Shown: positions 1 through 11,700 of the stretch, one piece after another
How the letters are laid out: each line of letters starts with the position of its first letter
Position numbering within the stretch: the first letter of the stretch is position 1
Notes under the pieces: model-generated
Databases searched by the model: none
Told to the model about the DNA's origin: nothing
Seen by the model: the letters and a program-made list of their open reading frames with translations, nothing else
Assembly (NCBI GenBank): GCA_000934665.2
Contig: KZ538371.1
Coordinates: 1 to 64,000, forward strand
DNA length: 64,000 nt
Reading direction: 5' to 3'
Source: Catajapyx aquilonaris
Lineage: Eukaryota
Translations under genes and position numbers: made by a program

Positions 1-1115
1 GGCGGAACACGGGCACCGCGCCGAAGGCGCGTACGTGGGGCGCAGCCCCACGGGGGGGTGTGGGGGGGCGGAGCCCCCCCACCTCGCAAAGCGAGTCTAA
101 TATATATAAAGCCCCAATCCGAGGAGGATATAGGATGGAAAAGATCTCCCACTTCCCGAGGTCGTACAGACCTCGGACTTACACCGTTGGATTCCTTGCA
201 CCAGGTTTCCTATTTTCAAAAATCCTCATAATCGCAAAATTCCCAGCCGTTTTCGAGATCGCCAAATTAAATGTAGACGCAAACCCGACATCGCGAAATT
301 AATGTATATCCGCCAACTCCCCGGGTTCCCCGGGCGGCCAACAGACGAGCAGCACTATCGCATTGCCTCCACCACCCACAATAACCTCCCGCTTCCCCCG
401 GCGGCCACCCCGCCCCTCGAATCCTCCTCCCCTACTCAACGCCTCCACTACGTCATCTGTTATTGCGTCATGTTGCCTTTTACTCGCACCTTTAGTGGTG
501 ACGTCACGGGTGTCCTGTGAACATAGATGCCGCATTGCCTCCTCGCTCCGACCAATTTTTGCGGAGTGTCGGAGGAAGTGTGTGGCGGCCGGCTGCACTT
601 GCACTGTTGTTTGTGGGGCGCGCTCATTGTTGTTGGTTGATTGGCTGGTTGGTAGGTTGGTTGATTGTTGCAGGTGTGGTATTTGTCATGCTTCATTGGT
701 CACTCCGTTGTCGACATACTCCAGGTTATTGTTGCCAGCCCTGTCGTGGTGGTCCTGGTATTTGTCATGCTTCACTGGTCAGTCCGTTGACGACATACTC
801 CAGGTTATTGTTGCCAGCCCTGTAGTGGTGGTCCTGGAATTTGTCTTGCTTCATTGGTGACTCCGTTGACGACATACTCCAGGTCATTGTTGCCAGCCCT
901 GTAGTGGTGATCCTGGTATTTGTCATGCTTCATTGGTCACTCGTCCGTTGACGACGAACTCCAGGTTATTATTTCCAGCTCTCTAGCGGTACTGGGTAAG
1001 TGGGTAGGCCCGGGCGGGAACGCGTAGCGCCGAAGGCGCGCCTATTGGGGCGCAGCCCCAAGGGGGGGTGTGGGGGGGCGGAGCCCCCCCCGCCTCGCAA
1101 AGCGAGTATACAGTA
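1..1115 (+). mobile_element. Putative non-autonomous Helitron-like element(s); two copies of a GC-rich multi-hairpin terminal cassette (~17-100 and ~1027-1110)
   Basis: Both copies carry the same four hairpins (GCGCC-GAA-GGCGC, GGGGC-GCA-GCCCC, G7C-GGA-GC7, CTCGC-AAA-GCGAG). Copy 1 is followed by TCTAATATATATAAA (CTRR-like end/TC-type start). Internal minisatellite; no TIR or TSD seen. Confidence 0.5.
679..985 (+). repeat. 79-bp minisatellite, ~3.9 copies
   Basis: Units start at 679, 758, 837 and 916 (GTATTTGTCATGCTTCATTGGTCACTCCGTTG...GGTCCTG) with few substitutions. Confidence 0.95.
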
Positions 1116-2042
1116 TATATCAACGTAAATGCATTTATTTCATACACTGCAGTATATGGAAACTGCATAGTGCACTAATGTACAACCAAGAGCTTGGTAC
1201 AACAAGTGCGATTTTAAATTCTCTTTTGTCGAACCATTTAACTCCTGGCAACGACAGGTAGTACCTAAGGCGAAATGACGTCCGTCAGATGACTGCCTCC
1301 ACTTAATGGTATGGTATGAAGAGGCCAATTCCTAAGGAAAATGTAAATTGTCGTGAACCTTTCCAAGGCGCCCAAGAGGTAGTCCGAGAGGTAGTAGGTT
1401 GTTAACGGGGATCCTCGCCAAGAGCCATATATACCCCGGACTTTAACTCTAGTTCATATGTATATACAATGGACGGTAACGTCGGTAAGGTATATACAAA
1501 CATAAAGAGTCAGAGCTACTATAACGTTCAAAGAGATAAGATGAGATTTTGCATTTGGTGTCAATGCAAAATGGCCTCAATCTTATCAGGTCTGGCAACT
1601 TGCCCTCTTATCGCGTGGATCTTTCAAGGGTCTGGCCACAATAGGCGGAATCTCCGCGACGGAAATTCCGTCGCGGATTGATTTTGCAACGTTTTGTCAC
1701 GCGGAATTTCAGTCGACCGTGCTGCCGCCTTGCGGCCCTTTCAGCTACCAATCCTCCTGGTTTCAATGCCAGCGAACCCGCTTTTTCCGTTTTTCCTACT
1801 CATCAGCCTTGGCAGAAAATAGGCTGAGTATTTTTTCCGCTGTGTCTTCCGCTGGTGCTCGACGGAACGACGGAAAAACCGTCGTGTGTGTTTCATCCCG
1901 TGTGTTTGACATTTTTGAACTGACCGCGCCGGAAATACCGTCGCGGGCGTACCGCCTAGTGTGGCAAGCCCCAAGACACGTGCCCCAAGCCCTAGTGAAA
2001 AGGAACGAACGGACCATGCGTCCATGCCGGTATGCCCATGGT

Positions 2043-2773
2043 ATGCCGCTCTATTGTGTTCTGTGCGGATGTGCTAAGCCTGCATCGGTATCCTCATTTC
2101 GTATGCCATCTGATCCTGTCAGACGTCAGCTGTGGCAGGATGAGCTACCCACCGGATGGGACATCCGAGTTAAAAGCGAGTCGTGATCGGCTGTGCGAGA
2201 TCCATTTTCAAGAAGACAGAGGACAAAACTTCAGAATGCGGAAGACGATGGTGTGGCCGAGCTTCCCCACTTCCGACCTCTACTTATACGTATATGACAC
2301 AGTGCCCCGGCTACAGCTGGAGAGGTGTCTCTCATCTGGCAATAAGAATAGTAAGCGACGCAACACCAGTGATCACGCCTATGTCAAGAGGCCAAAACGA
2401 GACGAAGAGCTAACAAGTGCATCAGCATCAACAAACGAAGGAGAGGAGGAGTAGGAAGAGGATGAAAATAATAATTGTCAAGCACACGATGTCGTGAGTA
2501 ATCCTGTTACATTTCCATGCCGTGTCTGAAAATAACGAAATTACCCAACAATTTCAGCCCAACCATCCCCCAAGAGATACTGCAGCAGGTGCTGCTGTGC
2601 CCCGGCTACAGCTGGAGTGTTGTGTCTCATCAGGCAATAAGAACAATAAGCGACGCAACACCAGCCAAGGCTTCCTTGATCACACCTATGACAAGAGGCC
2701 AAAACGAGACGAAGAGCTAAGTCCATCAGCATCAACAAAAAAAAGGCAAGCAGTTTTCTCAAGTTTTTTATAA
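2043..2773 (+). pseudogene. Disrupted THAP-domain (C2CH zinc finger) gene or transposon-derived ORF
   Basis: MPLYCVLCGC...FRMPSDPVRRQLW, then a frameshift in the AAAA run (~2172-2176) into RDRLCEIHF, followed by a (T/A)VP motif and DHAY. In-frame TAG at 2452 inside an acidic run. A possible intron 2494-2557 rejoins the frame to a duplicated AVP...DHTY segment. Confidence 0.7.
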
Positions 2774-3226
2774 CACAACTCATACTTGCGGAAAATTATT
2801 ATAACTGTATTTGAAGTTGTTTAGCTCCCAAGTAAAATCCGCTAGAATGGCTAGATCCAACTAGGAAAAAAGTAGTTTGAAGTGGCATTGGATTCTCCCT
2901 GTTGTCATCTGCCCAAAGATTGGCACAGTCACATAAAAATGGGTGTCAAGTGGCTCCAAAAATTAGCGTCCCAAGCAAAAACAGTTGATCATATAGAGAC
3001 CTAGACAAAAATAATAATAATAATAATAATAATACGTTTTGTTCATGCAAAAGCAGCTAGTTCCAAGTTTGCGTGCAAAACGAGGGAGATCTAATGCGAT
3101 TATGGTCGGTAATAGTGTAATGCAATAAGACAGTGGTGCCATGATGGTATACACACTGATGTTCATGTAATGCCATTAATGGCCCATAAAATATTCATAT
3201 TATGGGGATTTAATTTATCATATTAA

Positions 3227-3931
3227 CCCCTTGTTGGCTACCAGATCTAGGCGCTGGGATTAGTTTCTGTTCACGTACTCTGAAGATACGGACAAGATAT
3301 TTTACAAATAATAACAGCTATACTTACACGGTCATGCTGTACACTATGAATATGTTTGGAACAATTTTCCACTTCTAGAAGTCGCAAAATTAATTTCCAA
3401 AAAAATCGCTGTAACAACTCGAAATTAAATTACTACCGGCCAACTGTTAGGCTGATTTAATTATGAAATACATGACAATATGCGGAATAACAGCCTTGAG
3501 AATCGTGTTATGACGAATATGCTGAAATCGCCGTACTTCGTGAGAATTAAATTAATACTTACTGCGGCTTGCCTCCCACTTCGGAAGACTCCAAAATTGA
3601 TTTAATTTTCGCAAAGTACGACTGTTTCAGCAGATTCATCATAGCACAATTCTCAAGGTTGTTATTCCGTATACTTTAACGTATTTCATAATTAAATCCG
3701 CCTAACAGTTGGCCGGAAGTAATTTAATTTCGTGTTGTTTCGGGGATCTTTTTGGAAATTAATTTTGCAACTTCTAGAAGTGGAAAATTGTTCCAAACAT
3801 ATTCATAGTGTACAGCATGACCGTGTAAGTATAACGGTTATTACTTGTAAAATATCTTGTCCGTACCGTCAGAGTACTACGTGCAAGTTAACAGAAACTA
3901 ATCTCAGCGCCTAGATCTGGTAGCCAAGGGG
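3227..3931. mobile_element. piggyBac-type foldback MITE
   Basis: TTAA on both sides (3223-3226, 3932-3935), CCCC...GGGG termini, imperfect inverted arms of ~330 bp. Confidence 0.85.
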
Positions 3932-5794
3932 TTAATCATGTTTAATAATTCACTTAATCACCGCTAGTCAAATCACATTTTAGTAAATAAATTATTCGGC
4001 TGGGCATATATTACCATGACATGACCCTGAAGGTGCGGCAAATTATTGCGCAAGTAATGAGCTAATAAATTATGGCCAATTGGTACAATTTTGCGCCATC
4101 TCAGATACAGGCCTGTGCTGAAGGGCATGAACCCCATTTGACATCCATATAAACCTCTGTAATTATGGTTCAAATTGTAATCGTAATTATACCACTGGCA
4201 CCATTTTAAAAATTAAAATTAAAAATTTTTGTCCTATCAACACTTGCAGCTAGATGAAAACGGTCAAATGTTTGGTGTCGTAACCGGTCGTAACGCCTCA
4301 ACCTCCACCGATGACTCTCATTAATCGCCGAAATTAAGTCGCTCATACAGCAGTCTCTTAATCACGACTGGGATAATGTGCTTACCTTATTGCAATGAGG
4401 TGTACCGCACTTGACGCTGATGCGATAGCAGCCCGACTCTCACCCGATTCACCGCGATTCACTCAACTATTCGCGAGAAACTGACTGCAGTGGTAGAATG
4501 ACCTTCCCTCCAAAGCGCTCTTTCCCCATGACATATATGTGAATTCTCAGAGGTGGTGCGCAATAAGCCTATATACTTTTACAAAATCAAATGCGCCACC
4601 AACAAAAAATGAACCTGTTAACCTTTGTAAATTATTGCATCTTATCATGCTCCCATATCGAGTGACTCGGATGAAATGACAAGTGACACAAAAAGGGTGA
4701 GCAAATTGTTCCTTTTTGACAAGGCCCAACATTACCTTTACCACGGGAATGACGAAAATGTCGTCATTCCTATTTCGTAATTCCCGTGAATGAGTGATGC
4801 GCTAATTAATAGTATGAAATATTGCACGATGTTCGGATTTGTCGCCCTATGAAACGCCAGCAATAAGCCTCGAGGTGTATAAAGCAGGATTTTTCGAATT
4901 TTGGAGTAGGCTCGTGGATTTGTCGGCATTACAAGAAGAAAAAAACATTACGTCTTTTCGCGTTGGATTTGTCGGGTTTTGCAAGAGAGTCCAGTTTTCT
5001 TCCCCCAATATACGGTGCATTTGTCGTGTTTTGAAAAAGAAAAGTGTGTTATCATATAGAGTGTGTCCCAAAGAATGCATTGTCACCTCCATCTCTCTCT
5101 TCTTCTTTTTTGAAAAGTGGATTTGTCGGCTGTTGAACTGAGCTCCTCTTATGTATCTATGTCTAGGTGCCATTAACTTCAACAACCTTATTTCTGAGAT
5201 AATAATTAGCATTAGCAAAAAGTGCATTTCATACAATTTCCTACGCCAAGGACTTTTCCAGTCTCAGTCACTGCCTGAGAGCTATGAGATCTCATTTTAA
5301 ATTTTTAAGCAAAACTGGCAATGTTGCAAGGAGGGGGGAGAGGGAAAAACCTACCAGGACATTTCATGACCTTACATTTGAAGCACATTATCTACTGTAT
5401 GAATCTTTAGGACTAAATGGACTTTACCAGATGATAGAGCAGAAAAAAGCTACTAACTTGTAAGTGCTGTAAATAACTCAAAACTGCCAAATTTTGACGG
5501 TAGATTTCTCCTGTATGCCCACAATATTAGCATTTTATGCTTACCCACATGAATAATACAGAGACCAAATTGTTACCAAGCAAGGAGATTTATTTTCAGA
5601 GAGATTCTGATTTAGATATATATATTGTCAGATTGATTTGAGATCACTTCAAATAGTGCGTGAGTAGAATTATGTTTTTGCTGGAAATCGGTGCTTTGAA
5701 TGTCATATGAAAAACTTTAGAATTTTGCAGCATCTTAAAATTTTGGTGACTTCCTAGGTAAGTGACTGCACTTATTAATTTTATTTAGGCCTTT

Positions 5795-8700
5795 TCAGCC
5801 TTCTTGCCACAGCTGCGTGTTCAGACATGCGAGTTGAATCAATCGATCCTCATCCTCTGCCCCTGGAATAAAGACAAAATGTCACATTGAATTGCCCATT
5901 ATTATAGGCTACACAGTCCAAGGTATTTAACTTATGCACGTACCGAAGTTTGTAGGATGAACGTATCGTCTTCCATCTTGTACGTCTTCCACTATATCTT
6001 CACTCAAACTTATACACACGGGCCCGTCATTCCAGAGAAGATCAAATCTGCCCACCCAACTGATATTATCATTGAGCCTGGAATGAGCTTAATAAATTAC
6101 TCATGGGAATCAGGTTGGTAAGGACATACTTTACTTGACGACCCATGTACTATGTTACACTATATACTGCAAAACGCAACCGTCAGCAGGGAGATGATTA
6201 TTTATTAAAATAAATAATCGGAGGAGCTACCTAGTCCAACTAATTTCTTATGGTTGTACTCCCATTCGTCAACCCAAATGCAATAGTTTAGGTCCAAAAA
6301 AAACCTAACGAAGACGTGGACTCGCAATGTCATGCATGTGATAATATTCCAGGAAACTTATAACAATACGTTAAAGTACGACAAGGAAATCACACTTCTT
6401 CGCAGGCACCTACTCGCCCTGTATTATAACGTTTGGGTTGGGGAATAGGATAGGATCAAGCTATAAGATTGTGTTCCAGAACCACAAAATATTGGCTGGG
6501 CCATAGATATCTATGGGATGGGCCATGCCACTCTGACCGGTCAAAACCTAACCTTGGATATTGAGTGCAGTAACTATGTTAGAAAGGTCGTTAAGTAAAA
6601 AGTAGACGTTATTAATAAATATTATTCCGTACTCATAGCGTTTGTCGTAGTTAAGAACTGTTAGTACGTCCTCCACAAGATTCTTATGTATGACCTCGAT
6701 ACTCTTATCAGGGACGGGGAGAACGGGTACACCGGTAACCTTTAGCAACCATCTGTAATGTAATGCAAGAGTAAGTAAAGCAGCTCTTCTGCACTGCATT
6801 AAACCTGTAAATACAATCTGTGTTCAGACATCATCAACAATATATTACGTACGGCTTCAGTGATGAATCGATCATCATATCAAAACCATAGAATCCAAAC
6901 GAGTGCTTGGACGGGCGAATGACAGGGTCGACACTCAGGAGGGTGTTCAGAATGACGGATTTTATCATCTGGAAGATCAGTTCTACTTTTCTAGGCGGCA
7001 GTTGTTTAGCAAGTCCGCGTCGGATGAAGCTCAAGGGGATCCCATGTTTCTACAAATACGAAGCATTGTGCCATGTTAGTGGTGGGCTCAGTATTTACAA
7101 ATAATTCTGCTCTTCTTCTACCATCATTCCTGACAGCCGAGCGAAGTTACGCCTTGTAAAGCGAGCATGACATTCCTGTGACAGTTCATACTTCTCAGAG
7201 GTTATCTTGGAGTATCCTTCCCGATAAATCCATACCTTTAGTGGACGGAACTTGGGAGGCAAAGAAGATTAGTTAGTTCGCATAGTGAGCAGTGAAAATT
7301 AGTTAGATCAAGGATCGTTACTAACCGACTCGACCAAGACATACATGCGTATGACAAACTTCTGCCCGTGTAGCAGGTATGGATCATCTATATATTGCTG
7401 AATTAGGCAGCTCTGCTTTCGAGAGTACCTAGGACCTGTCATCGTCCCGTCAATCAATCCACGCAGATATTTGTAATGGAGTGCCAGAACCTCCAGGCTG
7501 AAACATAAGGCAAGTTATCACTGGGTAACAGCCGAAAGTATAGAACATCCCAAAGTCAGCACAGATCCGGAGTAGTGAAAATGTCGTGACCAGCACCTCC
7601 GACTAAGAGGCAGGCAAAATGTTACACTGAACGCGTGGGCATATTCATCAGCAATTAATAGCGCGCAAGCCACTACTATATATGTGGAAAGGAAGTGAAT
7701 TGTGAGCCAGAAAAGCTCCGAATTATCATTTTTTAAATAGACTTCTTAATATTCTGGAAAGCTGGGCAAGCTGTTATTTGACCGATGAATACCAAGCAAC
7801 CTAGCTTAATCACAGGAACTGGCCAGTGCAATTTATTCTCGTGGCAAGCAATGTTACGTTATTCGAAACTATAAATCACAAGGAAAAGCCAAGGAAGCTT
7901 CATTTAGGACATGCTTGATTAGCAGCCATTCTTGAGTTCAGAGATTGTCCAGGAATGCATGGTGCAAATGTCTTTCCAAACAACAACAGGCTTTTAGATG
8001 CCATGAAGAAGAGTCGCAGAATTAAGTCCTCGCTGATAACACCAAGACAATAATATTATTTCAGAGCAAGATTCGCGGATTTCTATTAGCTCACTCTTGG
8101 TTCAGTGATTTCGCACAGCTTCTGATTTTTGTTAGGTATTCAATAATTGAGTTTGTTGAATTTCCTCAGTATTGTTGCGCTCAAAGGGGAGAAAACACGA
8201 GGAGTTGTACAGTACTGTACGCACTCGACGCTTGAAGTGATTGTTGACACTCACAACAGGTTTTTTCCGAAGTCGCCCTATCCTGTAACTGATTTCTACC
8301 CTGGTATGAGCTTGACATTATTCCATCGTACGATACAAGAACCTTGATGTAGTAAGAAAACATTCACCTTACCTACGGAATATGGTCGTTCCCTTCTTCA
8401 TTCCAAGCAAAGGCTTTAAAATCCAAGTCCCATCATCACCGTGTTCATTCAAGTACTGCTGGAACCTCTCATATTCTTGCTGCATATAATGATGTGAAAA
8501 CTTTTATTACTTATTCAATTCATGTACCCCGTAGGTCTCAAATACCCGCGCCTTTTAACAGTCGATAAATGTTGATTATAAAGGACTGAGATTTGTCATG
8601 GCATTAGCCTGCATACTGTACTGTATATTGAGGAGAGTTCTTGTACAATATAACTCGAAGAATTTTATTACCGCCTGACTTGAATTCATCATTATATTCT

Positions 8701-11700
8701 TGACTATACGGCGTGGGAACATTATTTTGAACAATTTGAGTGGACAGCATGGTTAAATACTTACGGGAAGCTTGAATGTTAGTGGCACGAAGTTGAAGCG
8801 TTCAAGATCCCCATTCCCAAATCCTATTTGCTTCATCACTGCCCTGAAAGATACATGTGTTTGTATGCTATAAACTGCTACATCATGTGCGCTCGTGCTG
8901 AAATAATTGATTGTCATGTATATGGTACAGAATACTACTCACTGATAGCAACTAATATTTTTTTGGAGTAAATGCATCTCCAGAAGCTCTTGATTATTTG
9001 GGAAGTGCGGTATGTACTGGTCCTTCAAAAACAGATGATTTTTGAACAACTCCTTGACACTACTAAATGGTCCCCACACCATATTCCATTCATCATGCTT
9101 TGCGTGTACCTGAAAGTAACAAATCCAACATCTTTATCTCGAATGTTTAATTTACACCTGACATCAAATATTGCGCCAGTATTATACTAGGGATTTTTGA
9201 GGGTCCGCAGATTTTGATTGGTATCCCAGGGACGTCCTGGAACCAATCTCCCGCGGATACGCTGAGTCCACTGTACAGTACAACCAAGTACAACCAGGTC
9301 TTGGTATAACAAACAAGCATGTAGATGCTGCGTAGAGATTAATACCCCTGATATTAAGTGTACTGCACTTATATTTTCTGTAGCATGACATTTTTCGCAC
9401 CCACCCCCTCTTTGTCCAGCTTCTGAATTATTCGTAATTTTCATTTACAGTATCTGGATATAGACTCCTCGAGGCATTTTTATTGAGCCGATAATAGACA
9501 CAGTACTTGTTTCAAAACTCTCCATGACGGAGCTGTTACGTAAGGTACTTTCTGATTGGTGGTAACTCCATATACAGCACCGCATTTTTTGTTCTTAAAT
9601 GTCACATTTTAAAATATAAACGAGCCCAATAATGACAGTAAAAGTAATTATTTGATACACTGTACTTAAATCACCTGAAATGTAGGCTCTGGAGTGTTTT
9701 GGTAGTTATAGGAGAGGGATTGGACACTACAGTGTATGGCTGTTTCAAAGCCCCATAACTTGATTCGCTAACACCTGACATTTTGGCTCTAAACCTAACA
9801 ATTTGGTGTCACAAGGTTAGGCTTCCATGCCTAGAGTTAGTCACTCGACTAGGAAGTGTACTCTACACTGGAAGTCGGAGCTACCCCGGAGCTACCTCGG
9901 AGGCCCATGAGAAATGTACACTGAAGGTACCAATCAAGTAAATACCCTCTCGTTCCATGCCCTACCAAATGCCACATGTCTCGACACGTACATGACTTAA
10001 CGTTTTGTCCCATTCCCCCACAAAAAAGAGATGTAATTAAACATGACTCACTCTCCTCCATCCAAGGCACTGCATAGCATAATGAATCAAGCTGCTCTTG
10101 TCGAAGCACTTGTAGCTTCGAGGCATGCCACTTCTCTGCGCCAGCTGCGAATGCTTCCTCTTCCTACGGCTAAAGTGGAGTGCCAGCCTGGGCAATTTAC
10201 TCCTGAGCTTCCTGATGCGCCTGGACAGAGAGCACATTCTTTTTTTCTCACAGGTTGTAAGTGTTCCCCTGGAAGCGAAGGATGACCACTCTGTACTGTC
10301 TCCCACATCTGATGAGTTGCAGATCTTTGCAGAGGGCAGTGGAGACCGATAAGTCCATATAACATCCGGAACTCGATATAAGGCATTCTCGAATGGGGTA
10401 TGGACTTGCCACTCTCCTTCGTCGTCCTGATAGATTGCTGTGGGATAAGGATTGTCCTTGGCGTGTTTGGGCGATTCCCACGCTAAGCCAAACGCATCGT
10501 GCCCGATCTCGGAAATACTGCACAGACGCTTTGACATCCGCTTAAGAGTGAGATTAATATAGAAACATTCCGAGACTTTTAATTCACGATGTCCGTGTTT
10601 CTTGCTGTATGGCTTGTATGACTTGGGACATCCAGCATGTTTCAAAGGCCGAGTTAAATGCATTGACGAGGCTAAGAGGTGATGACTTGCCTTGAATCTC
10701 TTGACGTAGCGCTCGGTTAACATGGCTGCACGCATAAAAGTGCAAGAGACAACAGATGACACAAAAGTTGGTTTCCACCTCACGGCATGATCCACTTCTT
10801 CCCAAATACTCGGATTAGTTTCCCTGAGTCTTTCTCTGGAGACTTCCTCAAGCCTCCCAACTATTTCATTGTAGTCAAATTGTGGCATATAAGTCGGGCC
10901 AAGTCGGGGAAGCACCTGAGGAATCACACATGGCAAGAGAGAGAGTTCCACACTAGCTTCTTGCGCCACCAATAGTTCTGGTTCACCTACGTCTAGTGGG
11001 GGTACTAGAGGGGGCGGGGGAGCACAGAGCCACCATGATAAAAATCCGTTTGACCATAAAACCCTCATACGAATTCTCACAATTAAATATTATGATTAAT
11101 ATACATACCCTCTTGCGTACTTTGTTCCGAAATACATGAGGTTTTATCTGAATCGCTACATATCCGGCTATCCCGATTGTGCTCTTCTCTCACATTCTGC
11201 TCATACATCCCATAACCAGAATGTGGCCTAGATGGTGGACCATATGCAGTTGGAGTTGGTGTTCGACTCACTTGGGGTGGTAGGTCACTTTGAAATGGTA
11301 GGAAGATTCGTCGGGGTTCGTCCATACACCATCCCACCTCATCTACTGCTAATGTCACTTTACTTGGCGTGCTGGACCCAGACTCCAAGTCAGTTATACT
11401 TGAATCCGACATATCTTTCGCGTAATTCTCACAAATCTGTGGGACATTACCTGACAGGGCATATTTATCGTAGCGTTCCATCGGTGACCGGTAATTCTTA
11501 GCATCTGGTTCTGTGATATATAAGCCAGTCTTATGTTGTAATATCGAACTGATTGAAATGCAGGTTGCGGGATGGGCCTGAACAGCGACCTGTTTCGGCT
11601 GTTTGTCTGACAGCGAGTCAGTTTCATCAATGTCTGAACACTGCGCAGAAATGCAATCCTGGGTTCTTACACTGGGACGGAAAGTGTTGTCATTAAACTT

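Noticed and set aside
679..985. Possible CRISPR-like array
   Set aside because: Contiguous tandem units without unique spacers, in a eukaryotic context with no cas genes.
9675..9767. Possible extra in-frame TTLL exon (RIKLWGFETAIH...)
   Set aside because: Direct splicing 10052->9109 already gives the GWxxV..EW motif. This segment would interrupt it and has a weak acceptor.
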